A stretch of 64,000 nucleotides of DNA from a virus (IMGVR_UViG_2974670102_000001:32001-96000); one strand, 5' to 3'; positions 37,445 to 47,029 are shown, counted from the stretch's first letter. The notes: generated by a model from the letters alone, not told the origin. Numbers and translations: made by a program.

Positions 37445-37632
37445 TCCACAATCCCGTTGTCTTCGACATGCTTCACGAATTGCGTGATCTCGGTCCACGC
37501 GCGATCAAACTTCGGATCGCTGTTCCAGTAGGTGCCAAGCAACGCATCCATTTCGCCCTTGGCACGCGCCCACGCTTGTGCGCGCATCGTCTTGAGTAGT
37601 TGTTCGTTACAGATGGACAATCGTTTCTCCAT
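37441..37632 (-). CDS. hypothetical protein (MEKRLS...)
   Basis: RAQAWARAKGE phage-type motif; coupled to the ligase start; start uncertain. Confidence 0.55.
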   Translation of the reverse strand: MEKRLSICNEQLLKTMRAQAWARAKGEMDALLGTYWNSDPKFDRAWTEITQFVKHVEDNGIVE

Positions 37633-37669
37633 AGTCAAAGGGCGGCTCCGAAGAACCGCCCTTGGGGGC

Positions 37670-37921
37670 TTACACCTCTGCGTGTTCCTCGATGTACTCC
37701 GCAAACTGCTGCGGCGTCTGGAGCGTCACGGTCTCGGTGTTGTACTGCTCTTCACCGAAGCTCATGCTGAACTCGTCTTCGAGGGCCATCAGAAAGTCGG
37801 TCAGGTCGAGATCGTCGAAATGGTTCAGAAGTTTTGTGCCCGGAACCACGATCACCGCGTCGTCGCGCAGCAGGTCTTGGGCTTCTTGCATTACGACCGT
37901 CAGAATCTGATGAAAATCCAC
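37670..37921 (-). CDS. acyl carrier protein-like protein lacking the phosphopantetheine Ser
   Basis: FDDLDLTDFLMALEDEF vs canonical ACP ADSLDTVELVMALEEEF; T.....EYIE C-terminus; 83 aa, acidic. Confidence 0.8.
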   Translation of the reverse strand: MDFHQILTVVMQEAQDLLRDDAVIVVPGTKLLNHFDDLDLTDFLMALEDEFSMSFGEEQYNTETVTLQTPQQFAEYIEEHAEV

Positions 37922-37956
37922 TTGCTTGTTTCCTTTGCTTCGGTTGATGGTTGGTG

Positions 37957-38409
37957 TTACTTGATGCCGAGGATTCGGCGGTCTTCGGCACTCAGGCCGT
38001 CCAGCAGTTCTTTACGACGGACCGCGTCCCGCTTCTGCGCGTCACGCTGTTCTTCCAGATACGCCATCGACCGGTCGAAAACCTCGAACTCCCAGTCTTC
38101 GGATGCCACGTTGATGAACTCCGTGGTTTCTTCGGTGTGGCTGAAGTTGCCTTGAACGTCAAGGCATACCATCGGGAATTCAATGTCGAAGCCCGGATAC
38201 AGAAGCGTTGCGCCGTACGCGAACGGATTCTTGATCGCGAATCGCACGTCGAAGCCGAGTGCGGCAGCGCGTACCATGGCCGCCCAGACGCGCGGCTCGT
38301 TGGCCTTCAACTTCTCTTCACGTTCGCGCTGGGCCGCGTCCACCATAGCCTGCGTCTCGGCCTTGGTGCGCATGCTGCGGGCACGCGGGGTCACTTTCTT
38401 AGTTGCCAT
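37957..38409 (-). CDS. hypothetical protein
   Basis: 150 aa, AAGGAG RBS. Confidence 0.7.
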   Translation of the reverse strand: MATKKVTPRARSMRTKAETQAMVDAAQREREEKLKANEPRVWAAMVRAAALGFDVRFAIKNPFAYGATLLYPGFDIEFPMVCLDVQGNFSHTEETTEFINVASEDWEFEVFDRSMAYLEEQRDAQKRDAVRRKELLDGLSAEDRRILGIK

Positions 38410-38417
38410 GATGCTCC

Positions 38418-38822
38418 TTATGCGAGGGTCGCGATGTGGCCAGCGTGCTTATGGCGCGGCGTATTCACGCAGCCTTCAGCACGAATCCGGTTGGTCAGGT
38501 AGTCGTCGGCCAGCACATGCATGACGTGCGAGCACGTGACATAGGTGTGCGGGCTGTCGTACGACTTCTGTCGCGCGATCTCGGAGTCGAGACGGTCGCG
38601 TTCGACTGCGTAGGTCCAACCGTCCGGCCGCGCGAACCCGTCTTCGTGTTCCGTCCACTCGATGGCCAGAACCACGGTCCCGGTGATCGGGTGGCCGACC
38701 GCACACTCGGGGGCCGGTTGAATCTCCGACTTGATGCGGTCCGTTGCCGGGCTCACAATCTCGCGTTGATGACGACGGGCTGCTCGGTGAGCCTCTTCTT
38801 CGGCCATTGCAAAATTCATCAT
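38418..38822 (-). CDS. hypothetical protein
   Basis: 134 aa, coupled to the upstream gene. Confidence 0.65.
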   Translation of the reverse strand: MMNFAMAEEEAHRAARRHQREIVSPATDRIKSEIQPAPECAVGHPITGTVVLAIEWTEHEDGFARPDGWTYAVERDRLDSEIARQKSYDSPHTYVTCSHVMHVLADDYLTNRIRAEGCVNTPRHKHAGHIATLA

Positions 38823-39499
38823 CGTTTGTCCTCCAGATAGGTGATGGGGCTGTTGCTGTTTTTGAGTGCCGTAGCCAGTCCGAGGCGCGTCAAAGCTGCC
38901 TGAGCGTACGACGTGATTTCGGTCTTTGCCTTCGACAGCGTGTTCTCGATGTACTCACCGAATTGACGCAGCACGAAGTTCAGGTTCGACTTCACGTTCA
39001 TGCGAGCCGACTCGACGTGCCCCAGCAATTCGTCGCGCTGCTTGGAAGACAGCTTCGCTTCCCCCAGCTTCTCGGCCAGCACATCGAGCGCGTCCAACGC
39101 GTTCTGTGCGTACTTCCGTGTGTCAGCCCGGAACTTCGGTGCGACCTCAGCAATGTGCGGAATCTGCGGAATCGACTGCCCGTTGTAGCGGGTCAGCGTA
39201 CACGGAACGCCGCTGCCCAGACCCATACTCGACACCAGCGACGCGAACTGGGCTTCCGACATCACGACCTCGATCAACTGGCCCGTATGCGACTGCATGT
39301 GCTGGTCTTCAGCGTAGCGTCGATACTGTTTCGACATGTTGATCGTCAGCGAGATCGAGTGCTGGTGCTCGAAGTCCGAGCCGTACAAATACTGGGTGCC
39401 GGAGCGGCGCGTGATCGCGATCTGGGCAAACGCAGGATGCTCGTAGCGGATACGATCACCCTCGTTGAACTCCTTCACGTCTTCGAATTGCGTTGCCAT
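38819..39499 (-). CDS. hypothetical phage protein
   Basis: 226 aa; HPAF...LYGSD...EVVMSEAQFA...GSGVPCT; AGGAGG RBS. Confidence 0.75.
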   Translation of the reverse strand: MATQFEDVKEFNEGDRIRYEHPAFAQIAITRRSGTQYLYGSDFEHQHSISLTINMSKQYRRYAEDQHMQSHTGQLIEVVMSEAQFASLVSSMGLGSGVPCTLTRYNGQSIPQIPHIAEVAPKFRADTRKYAQNALDALDVLAEKLGEAKLSSKQRDELLGHVESARMNVKSNLNFVLRQFGEYIENTLSKAKTEITSYAQAALTRLGLATALKNSNSPITYLEDKR

Positions 39500-39537
39500 G
39501 AATCCTCCTTGGTATACAGTGACGCTATTTTATTCTA

Positions 39538-39939
39538 TCAGTCGCTATGCGTCAACCGTTCCCAGTCACGCTTCGTCGGGGACCACGTGTAGCTATTGTC
39601 GTCGCCCGATGCGTAGAAATCGAGAGCGCGAAGCGCGCCCGCGCCGTAGCCAGCGTTCGTGAACGACTGTGCGAATGTAGCACCACCCAAGATGACCCTG
39701 CGGTGACCGTCGAGCCAGTACAGCGTGTACTTGGACGGGTAGTCGGAGGATTCCGGCGTCGCCATGTTCAGGATCGACACGTCACTGATGACGTTGGCTT
39801 CGGCGTATGCTTCGGCCTCTTCGTAGCTGTCGAAGGGCATCGCGTCTGCAATGTCCAGCGTGTGGCTGTGGTGGGATTGGAAGCCCTCCGGGTACGTGAC
39901 GAATCCGAGGCTTGCTTCGTAGAGGTAGTGAGTGGTCAT
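39538..39939 (-). CDS. hypothetical early protein
   Basis: 133 aa; first gene after a sigma70-like promoter. Confidence 0.7.
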   Translation of the reverse strand: MTTHYLYEASLGFVTYPEGFQSHHSHTLDIADAMPFDSYEEAEAYAEANVISDVSILNMATPESSDYPSKYTLYWLDGHRRVILGGATFAQSFTNAGYGAGALRALDFYASGDDNSYTWSPTKRDWERLTHSD

Positions 39940-39969
39940 GGCTGCTCCTGTTAAGTTGTCGATGTGAGA

Positions 39970-39998
39970 ACTATACAGGTCGATTTAATTCAAGGCAA
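39970..39998 (-). promoter_or_regulatory. sigma70-like early promoter
   Basis: TTGCCT-17 bp-TATAGT, T-rich upstream on the minus strand. Confidence 0.65.
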
Positions 39999-40008
39999 GC
40001 AAAAAATG

Positions 40009-40032
40009 AAAAACCCCGCACTGGGCGGGGTT
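40009..40032 (-). terminator. Rho-independent terminator
   Basis: AACCCCGC...GCGGGGTT with a T-tail on the minus strand. Confidence 0.7.
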
Positions 40033-40040
40033 CAGATGGT

Positions 40041-40217
40041 TTAGGCGACGGCCTCGACCATGCGGCGGTTCAGGAAAAGCGGCTGCTCCTTGCCCACAAA
40101 CTGCACGGACACGTAGCTGGGTGGGGCCGAATCGTCTTGTAGGATCACGCCAACCTTGTGTTCCGGAAACGATTCTGCTGCTGCACCCACCAACTTCACT
40201 TGATCACCAACTTTCAT
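40041..40217 (-). CDS. small SH3/KOW-like protein (58 aa, MKVGDQVKL...)
   Basis: Translated manually; KVGDxV...G.I...V.V.F pattern. Confidence 0.6.
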   Translation of the reverse strand: MKVGDQVKLVGAAAESFPEHKVGVILQDDSAPPSYVSVQFVGKEQPLFLNRRMVEAVA

Positions 40218-40219
40218 GA

Positions 40220-40657
40220 TTATTGCCTTTCTAAAACAGAGTTGAACGAGCAGGCAAGGTACGCGAGCAGCAGTGACCCAATCATGGCAAGCACATGGGC
40301 ACCTGCGTACACAAGGTATCCGATGTCAAGGGCTATGAGCCCAACGAGTATCAGAAACACCCCGACGTTCCACGGGTGACGAAGCTCACGCCTTTCTTCA
40401 TCTGGTAGATGCCGAAAACCAACGCCCAAAAAGAACGAGGCAGTACCGTCGACGAAGAACAGGGCAAACAGAAAAATCCAGTAGCCCCATTGGAGGTGTG
40501 CGGAGATCGCACACGCGGTCAGCAGCAGCCGGGTAGCCGCGAAGCTGAACCTCTTCACCCACCATCCTACAAACGACCGCATAAACCAACTCCATAGCTG
40601 AGTTTCGATCACATGGCTCGGACCGAGCCCGCGACTTAGAGAGGTGGAACTCTCCAC
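40220..40657 (-). CDS. hypothetical membrane protein
   Basis: Several hydrophobic segments; start uncertain. Confidence 0.6.
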   Translation of the reverse strand: MESSTSLSRGLGPSHVIETQLWSWFMRSFVGWWVKRFSFAATRLLLTACAISAHLQWGYWIFLFALFFVDGTASFFLGVGFRHLPDEERRELRHPWNVGVFLILVGLIALDIGYLVYAGAHVLAMIGSLLLAYLACSFNSVLERQ

Positions 40658-40673
40658 CCTCTATTTACTGCAA

Positions 40674-40709
40674 CGTCAACCGGCCCCACCATGGTGGGGC
40701 CGGTTGACG
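40674..40709. repeat. 36 bp perfect palindrome
   Basis: CGTCAACCGGCCCCACCA|TGGTGGGGCCGGTTGACG, no spacer. Confidence 0.9.
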
Positions 40710-40780
40710 CGATTTTGACACTTATTACAGCAAACATGTGGGAAAAACAGATTCCCAATTTTATTTTACACTAAACCTCC

Positions 40781-41698
40781 ATGGAGAAAGTTATGGGAAC
40801 GTCAAAATGGGACGCCGCTTCTATAGCGGCCGAAGCAAAGCACTACACACAACCGACAGAATTCCGTCGAGGGTCCCATGGCGCGTACGTAGCGGCTCAG
40901 CGCCTAGGGATACTGGACGAGGTGTGCAAACACATGACGTTCAGACGCAAGCTCACGAAGGAGCACGTACTGAATGTCGCGCGTTCATACAAAACCCGCG
41001 TGGACTTTGCGCGCGGTGCAGAATCGGAATACGGGACCGCTCGAAAGAACGGATACCTAGATGAAGCGTGTGCACACATGCAACGAAAACTCAAGTGGAC
41101 CGAATCCAGTGTAGCAGCAGAGGCCGCAAAGTACACGAAGCGCTATGACTTTGAACTCGGCAGTCCGAACGCCTACAGCGCAGCCAAACGACTTGGCATC
41201 TATGATCAAGTATGTAGCCATATGGAATACAGCAAGCGGCATAGACTGACGCTCACGGAGATTCGCAAAATAGCAAAAACGTACAAGACGCGCAAGGAAT
41301 TCCAGACCGGTGACACCAGCGCGTATAACTGCGCAATCCGCAACGAGTGGCTTGATTCCGTGTGCGCCCATATGGAACGCGGGGCTACCGGCTTCAACAA
41401 TGACAAGCCCGGCACACTATACCAGATACTTCTCACGACTCCTACGGGCACGCGTCTATGGAAGATAGGCATTACGAACGGTCCCGTCACCAAACGGCTT
41501 GCTTCAATGGGCGTTCCACGGAACGTACACGCCGAAGTTGTGTGCACCGTGCATTTCCAAAACGGCAAGGAAGCACGACAACTAGAAACAAAGCTGCACG
41601 CACGAGGAAAGCGTCGCGGAGTGCACTACCAAGGCGAGCCCATCCTACGCAGCGGCAACACAGAATTGTTCCTGAAGCCGCTGATTAAACTCACGTGA
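40781..41698 (+). mobile_element. free-standing putative homing endonuclease (tandem repeats plus GIY-YIG-like C-terminal domain)
   Basis: Four ~33 aa A..Y..R..F..G...AY..A...G.LD..C.HM repeats, then LYQI...WKIGIT...E..LH...SGNTELF; opposite strand, more AT-rich. Confidence 0.7.
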
Positions 41699-42290
41699 GG
41701 TTGTGGTGATAGGTAACCTCGTTGTTGCCGATCAATTCCTTGATCTCACGGAAGGAGAACGGACGATACTCACCCAGCACCTTGATGGAATTGTCCCAAC
41801 CAATGTCAAAGATGCGGCGTTTGCTTAGCTCGGCCATCGATTCACCGTAACCGCTACCGTGCAGATGACCATGCAGCATCCACGATCCATGCTTCGCTTT
41901 ATTCCAAGCAAGTTCGGGGTGGTGGTTGAGCACAATGTTCACGCCGTCGTGCTTGATGTACAGGCGATGCTCGTGCACTTCCTTGAACAAACCGGACGAT
42001 TTGTAGAAATCGACCAAACGGTCGTCGTGATTGCCACAGATCAGGAATTTGTTCGGTGTTTCGATCCGTTCGATCAAAGCTGCTGCTTCCCACTTGGAAC
42101 CGAACGCAATGTCGCCACCGAAGTAGATGACGCCACGCGGACCTACCGTCTCGTTGATACGGGACACGATCCACTGGTTGTGGCTGGGCATGTCGCTGAA
42201 CAGGATACCGCGACGCGTGTACTGTAGGATCGCGTTGTGGTTGAAATGCAGGTCTGCCGTGAACCACGGCCCGTTGTCTTTTTGTGTCAT
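41691..42290 (-). CDS. calcineurin-like metallophosphoesterase
   Basis: DLHFNH, GD, GNHD, HHP, HGHLH. Confidence 0.9.
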   Translation of the reverse strand: MTQKDNGPWFTADLHFNHNAILQYTRRGILFSDMPSHNQWIVSRINETVGPRGVIYFGGDIAFGSKWEAAALIERIETPNKFLICGNHDDRLVDFYKSSGLFKEVHEHRLYIKHDGVNIVLNHHPELAWNKAKHGSWMLHGHLHGSGYGESMAELSKRRIFDIGWDNSIKVLGEYRPFSFREIKELIGNNEVTYHHNLT

Positions 42291-42326
42291 GTTGCCTCCT
42301 TATTCAAGGTATTGCAGTTTAATCAG

Positions 42327-42755
42327 TCACACGCGCTCGCGCAATCCTTTCTCCCAATTGCACGGGCCGCACATGGTCGTCATGTTATGTTGCGCATCGG
42401 CCCCGCCATTAGCACGACTCACCGTGTGATCGTGCGTGAAGATCACTTCTTCACCGTCACGAAAGCCCCACATGTTCATGTGGAACGGACCATCCGAGCC
42501 TTTCTTGGTGGCCGTGCGCTCAACCGCGAAATGGGTGGCTTCCAGACCGCATGACGAGCACGTGGTGCCATGGTTGGCGAAGCAGCGCAGACGCTTGCTG
42601 GTCGTGTGGACCTCCAGACCGGGGGCGACTTCAGTGCGGCGCTCTTTCTCCCGCAACTTCATGTCAGCGACGATGGCGCGGAGGCCGGTGCCCAGTTCGA
42701 GAGTGGCGATACGTTCGTAGTTGCCGCAGCGATTGCTGATTTTCGAGATTTGCAT
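42327..42755 (-). CDS. HNH endonuclease domain protein
   Basis: CSSCG...THDHTVSRANGG....HNMTTMCGPCN; GGAGG RBS before MQISK. Confidence 0.8.
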   Translation of the reverse strand: MQISKISNRCGNYERIATLELGTGLRAIVADMKLREKERRTEVAPGLEVHTTSKRLRCFANHGTTCSSCGLEATHFAVERTATKKGSDGPFHMNMWGFRDGEEVIFTHDHTVSRANGGADAQHNMTTMCGPCNWEKGLRERV

Positions 42756-42825
42756 TTTGGGCCTCCATAAATTCGATGACCCAAAGTATAAAGGGGCTGA
42801 CAGTTTCCCGTCAACCCCTTTCACA

Positions 42826-43191
42826 TCACAGGTACGCGATCCGGATTCGGAGCACGAGGCGAACCGCCAAGTCGAAGATCACGGTCGCTGCCGCGATCTC
42901 GGGGTGGCTCCCGAACTGTACCAGTGTCGCGACGGCAACGGCCTGCGCAATCAACTGGAGAAGCATCCAAGCCTGCTCGTCGCGGCTGTTCTCGTAGCCA
43001 TCAACATCGTGCTTCAGGTTATACGGGAACGTGAAGAACGCGTAGAACAGGGTGAGCGCCGGATAGCCGAACCCCACGATCAGGTACGCGACCTCCACCA
43101 TATGAGCGGCCGGGAGACCGAAGCCCACGACGTAGGCGATGAAGAACGCGAATGCGATGAACGCGGCGCGGAACGTGTCTTTCGTCAGCAT
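42826..43191 (-). CDS. hypothetical membrane protein
   Basis: 121 aa, hydrophobic, AAGGAG RBS. Confidence 0.7.
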   Translation of the reverse strand: MLTKDTFRAAFIAFAFFIAYVVGFGLPAAHMVEVAYLIVGFGYPALTLFYAFFTFPYNLKHDVDGYENSRDEQAWMLLQLIAQAVAVATLVQFGSHPEIAAATVIFDLAVRLVLRIRIAYL

Positions 43192-43193
43192 AG

Positions 43194-43664
43194 TTACTCC
43201 TTGGTCGGGACAGCAGCCAGCGCAGTGCGCACCAGCGCGCTTGCCTGACGGCCATCGAACTTGCCGGTGTGGTTCGTGTTCAGAAACCCCATCAGCGAGC
43301 CGATATCGGCCCTGACGCCGGAATCCAGCGCGCCCTTGATCGCGGTCACGATTTCCGTCTGGCTCATCTGTGCCGGGGCGTAGCGTTCGAGGACGATGCG
43401 CTCCTGAGCCAGTGTCGTGAGTTGGGCTGCACGCTCTGCGGTCAGGCCGTGCAGGTCGGCACCGATGGCTTCGCTCGTTTCCTTGTTGCGGTCCATGAAC
43501 TTCTTGACCAGCGCTACGGTCTCGGCGTCCGTTGTCTGCTCACGCTGCTTGTTCTTGGCGATGGTACTGGCTTCGCCCAGCAGCGTGGTCAGCAGCGTCG
43601 CTTCCACCGTGTTCTTGGCCTTGCGAGCCGCCACTTGGTCCTGCTTGATTTGTTCGATGAGCAT
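43194..43664 (-). CDS. GatB/YqeY domain protein
   Basis: LIEQIK.D...ARKA...L.TLLGE...E..VLERYAPAQMS..E...G.LMG.L. Confidence 0.85.
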   Translation of the reverse strand: MLIEQIKQDQVAARKAKNTVEATLLTTLLGEASTIAKNKQREQTTDAETVALVKKFMDRNKETSEAIGADLHGLTAERAAQLTTLAQERIVLERYAPAQMSQTEIVTAIKGALDSGVRADIGSLMGFLNTNHTGKFDGRQASALVRTALAAVPTKE

Positions 43665-43674
43665 GTTTTCTCCT

Positions 43675-44901
43675 TTATCCCTTGATACACATGACTTGCT
43701 TGAGGGTGGCCACAACGTCGACCAGTTCCGACTGCGCTTCCATCACCGTGTCGATGTCCTTGTAGGCACCCGGGATTTCGTCCAGAACACCGCCGTCCTT
43801 ACGGCACTCGACGCCCTTGGTTTGTTCCGCGAGGTCTTGCTCCGTGAACACCTTCTTGGCCTTCGTGCGGCTGAACTTGCGGCCTGCGCCGTGCGAACAC
43901 GAACAGTAGGCCGCCGTATGGCCCTTGCCACACACGATGAACGACTTCGCGCCCATCGAGCCCGGGATGATCCCGAGTTGGCCCTTCTGCGCCGACACCG
44001 CGCCCTTACGCGTCACCAGCATCGAACGGCCATCGTGCACTTCTTGCGACAGGTAATTGTGGTGGCAGTTGATCGCCTGATCGACGAGCGTGAACGCCGG
44101 GAGCTTGCGGCGCAGTGCACGCAACGTCAACAGCAGCATGAAGTCGCGGTTGAGTCGTGCGTATTCCTGCGCCCACGACATGCCTTCCACGTACTCGTCG
44201 AACTCGGGCGTCCCGGCCTCGAACCACGCGAGGTCCTTGTCGGCCAGTTGCATACCCTTGATCGATGCGTTGCGGGCAGCGAGTTCCGTCGAGATTTTCC
44301 CGATGATGTTGCCGATCCCGCGCGACCCCGAGTGCAGCATCACCCACACGTTCTGCTCGGTGTCGACGCACAGTTCGATGAAGTGGTTGCCGTTGCCGAG
44401 CGTGCCCATCTGCTTCGGAAGCTTGGCCTCGTCGAACTTGCTGCCGATGCGCTGACGCACCTTCAGGCCGTCGAATCGCGCGAACAGGACGTCGCGTGCT
44501 GCTTCCAGCGCACGACCCTCGTTCCCTTCGTGGAAGAAGCGGACTTCGCGCTTGTGCGTGTCGAAGCCGACCGGAACATCGCGCTCGATTTGAAGGCGCA
44601 CGTCCCGGAGCGAGTCCGGAAGTTGGTGAGCCTTGAGCGAGGTCTTGACCGCACACATGCCGCAGCCGATGTCGACGCCTACCGCAGCCGGGATCACAGC
44701 CGCGTTCAGCGGTATCACGGAGCCAACCGTGGCACCGAGGCCAAAGTGCACGTCGGGCATGACGGCCATCGGACCTGCCAAGATCGGCAGGTTCGTGATG
44801 TTTTGAATCTGCTTCAGCGCTTCCTGCTCGACTTCCATTTCACCGGTCCAGAAGCGGGCCTTGCCGCCCATCATTTGACCGTACAGTTCGTTCTGTTGCA
44901 T
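43675..44901 (-). CDS. rtcB: RtcB RNA ligase (3'-phosphate/5'-OH)
   Basis: MPDVHFG, VGVDIGCG, GTLGNGNHFIE, LHSGSRG, CHHNY, RKGA, IPGSMG, SHGAGR, DEIPGAYK. Confidence 0.96.
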   Translation of the reverse strand: MQQNELYGQMMGGKARFWTGEMEVEQEALKQIQNITNLPILAGPMAVMPDVHFGLGATVGSVIPLNAAVIPAAVGVDIGCGMCAVKTSLKAHQLPDSLRDVRLQIERDVPVGFDTHKREVRFFHEGNEGRALEAARDVLFARFDGLKVRQRIGSKFDEAKLPKQMGTLGNGNHFIELCVDTEQNVWVMLHSGSRGIGNIIGKISTELAARNASIKGMQLADKDLAWFEAGTPEFDEYVEGMSWAQEYARLNRDFMLLLTLRALRRKLPAFTLVDQAINCHHNYLSQEVHDGRSMLVTRKGAVSAQKGQLGIIPGSMGAKSFIVCGKGHTAAYCSCSHGAGRKFSRTKAKKVFTEQDLAEQTKGVECRKDGGVLDEIPGAYKDIDTVMEAQSELVDVVATLKQVMCIKG

Positions 44902-44911
44902 ACCTTCCTCC

Positions 44912-45373
44912 TTACGAGTCTTGTTCGAGTGCGCCCGAATACGCGTTCCGGACACCGATGCAGCGTGCGATGGCCGCCATGTCGTTGTTCCAGTACTTCC
45001 CGTGGTCGATCATGTCGATCATGGGGTTCGTGGACCAGAAGATGCCCGCGCATTTGTGCGGCTCGCGGTTGACCGGGGCCTCACGGTCGATGACTGCTGC
45101 GTAGTACATCATGATCAGCTTGTCGCCAGACACATGCGTGTCCGACGCGAAGTGCATGGCCATCGGGTCGGTCTCGCGCAATTCGACGCCAACCTCTTCA
45201 CGCATTTCGCGGATGATCGCGGCTTTCGGGTCTTCGCCTTCTTCGATAACGCCACCGGGCAGCACAAAGAAGTCGGAGCCCGGGTCCTTGATGCGGCGCT
45301 GGAGCAGTACGTCGCCTGTTCCCTTGTCGATCAGGACGCAGGCGACGCCCGCGATGTGCTTCGGAATGGTCAT
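44912..45373 (-). CDS. Nudix hydrolase (MutT/NUDT15-like)
   Basis: PGGVIEEGEDPKAAIIREMREEVG; NREPHKC. Confidence 0.9.
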   Translation of the reverse strand: MTIPKHIAGVACVLIDKGTGDVLLQRRIKDPGSDFFVLPGGVIEEGEDPKAAIIREMREEVGVELRETDPMAMHFASDTHVSGDKLIMMYYAAVIDREAPVNREPHKCAGIFWSTNPMIDMIDHGKYWNNDMAAIARCIGVRNAYSGALEQDS

Positions 45374-45681
45374 GGTTTCTCCTTGAGAGTTCCGGAGAAT
45401 CGCCACGAGAACCGTGCGGCCTCGAAGCGATCCCGAAAGTAAAAGACAGGGCTGAGTCGGTTACCGTCCTTGCCGCGCCCGTGTGCAAAGCACCACGAGT
45501 ACTGCGTGAACCCCGACTGACGAACGAATGATAACGCGTCATCCAGCCATGTGTCAATCACCAAATGCTCGTCGTGGACGCGGGGAAACACAACGGAGTA
45601 CCAGCCGTGAGCATCGACGTAATCGAAGTCGATGGCACGAGGCTCGAACGGATTCCAAGCTTTAGGCGGTGCCATTACCAT
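45370..45681 (-). CDS. hypothetical protein
   Basis: 103 aa, overlap-coupled. Confidence 0.55.
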   Translation of the reverse strand: MVMAPPKAWNPFEPRAIDFDYVDAHGWYSVVFPRVHDEHLVIDTWLDDALSFVRQSGFTQYSWCFAHGRGKDGNRLSPVFYFRDRFEAARFSWRFSGTLKEKP

Positions 45682-45979
45682 CCCCCTTCAGAACTTGGTG
45701 TGGCAGCACGATCTTGATTCGTGTCTTGTGTGCCTTGGCCATGCATTTCATGATGCCCTGCATGACCTTCTTGCGGAGCGTAGTCTGGGCCACCAGCGTC
45801 GGAGGCTCGGCCTCGGGATGCGTGCGTTCGTATTCGAGCGCCTGTGCCACGATCCGCGAGTCCTCGGTGAACCTCTGCTTTGTCATACGCGTGACGGTTG
45901 CCATGTACATGTGGATAGCCATTATTCGGATACTCCACCGCCGATAAAGCGAACATGGATGTGGTCGCCGGGAAGCCAC
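45662..45979 (-). CDS. hypothetical basic protein (likely start MAIHMY)
   Basis: GGAG RBS before the internal ATG. Confidence 0.5.
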   Translation of the reverse strand: MASRRPHPCSLYRRWSIRIMAIHMYMATVTRMTKQRFTEDSRIVAQALEYERTHPEAEPPTLVAQTTLRKKVMQGIMKCMAKAHKTRIKIVLPHQVLKGDGNGTA

Positions 45980-46182
45980 AGCACGTGGTATCCGGTGGCA
46001 CGCAACGCGGCTTCTACCTCTCCGCGATCTTGCGCAGTGTCTGCGGGTATGACGACATCGACGCTGTTAGCGTAATGCGGGCTGTCATACAGCGCCTTCT
46101 CGATTGCCCGTTCGATGATACGGAGCGACCGGGTGACCGTGCTCGTCTCCATGATCTCGCGTGCCTCTCGTGCATGAATCAT
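45922..46182 (-). CDS. hypothetical protein (MIHAREA...)
   Basis: AGGAGG RBS. Confidence 0.6.
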   Translation of the reverse strand: MIHAREAREIMETSTVTRSLRIIERAIEKALYDSPHYANSVDVVIPADTAQDRGEVEAALRATGYHVLWLPGDHIHVRFIGGGVSE

Positions 46183-46238
46183 TGAACCTCCTAAACAGAA
46201 AGAGCCCGTATGTCGAATAGACTTCGGGCTCTTGTCAA

Positions 46239-46478
46239 TCACTCGCGGTCTTGTTCCCAGACCAGTGCGTCGGCCCGGCCCGTGAACACGAGCCACGCAC
46301 AACGCAGGCGTTCACGCAGGTTGCCGATCAGGCCGTGGTGGAACGGGAGCGAACGCGCGGGGCTCCAGAATACGTAGCCATCGATGCGTCGGATTTCGGC
46401 AGCGACACGCGGTTCCTTGGGGTTCGTGTCTTCCACGTGCAGGTCGTGTCGATAAACGACTACCGGGTGTTGGTTCAT
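46239..46478 (-). CDS. hypothetical protein
   Basis: 79 aa; RLRCAWLVFTGRADAL phage-type motif. Confidence 0.65.
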   Translation of the reverse strand: MNQHPVVVYRHDLHVEDTNPKEPRVAAEIRRIDGYVFWSPARSLPFHHGLIGNLRERLRCAWLVFTGRADALVWEQDRE

Positions 46479-46495
46479 AAGTCTTCTCCTTCGCT

Positions 46496-47029
46496 TTACG
46501 TGATGCGCACGGGCACCGCTGACGAGTTGTAGTACTCGCGTTCATACGTGTCGGTGCCGCCCCAACCACCGCTCGCTTCGTAGCGCAGCATGATCGGGAG
46601 GCCGACGCGCAGGTAGCCGTAGCCATCGATGTCCTCCGGACGAATCCAGCCGTACTCGTGTTCGTGTTCTGCGTCGATGAAGACGCTGATCCAGTCGTGA
46701 AAGTGTTCGAACACACCTGCTTCGTGGTTGACACCTGCCCGTACGTGGAGCGTGAAGCCGCCCTCAGCGTCTTCCTCGATCCGGGTCTTGGCCCCAGCGT
46801 AGTACTCGCGGGTGCCCTTCGGCGGATGGTCCTCATCGAACCACGCGACGGCTGCGTTATGGAGCACCCACTCACAGCGCTTGTGCTGGAACAACTCGTG
46901 CTCCGGCAGCGCGGCAGGCCGCTCCGCGTTCCCCATCATCCAGTCGATGATAGGACGCACGAGCGGCGCGTCTGCGAACGAGATCGGGATCGTGGCGTAG
47001 CAGATGGTGTAGTGACTCACTTGTTGCAC
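46496..47029 (-). CDS. hypothetical protein
   Basis: 177 aa ORF in a coupled operon. Confidence 0.6.
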   Translation of the reverse strand: MQQVSHYTICYATIPISFADAPLVRPIIDWMMGNAERPAALPEHELFQHKRCEWVLHNAAVAWFDEDHPPKGTREYYAGAKTRIEEDAEGGFTLHVRAGVNHEAGVFEHFHDWISVFIDAEHEHEYGWIRPEDIDGYGYLRVGLPIMLRYEASGGWGGTDTYEREYYNSSAVPVRIT

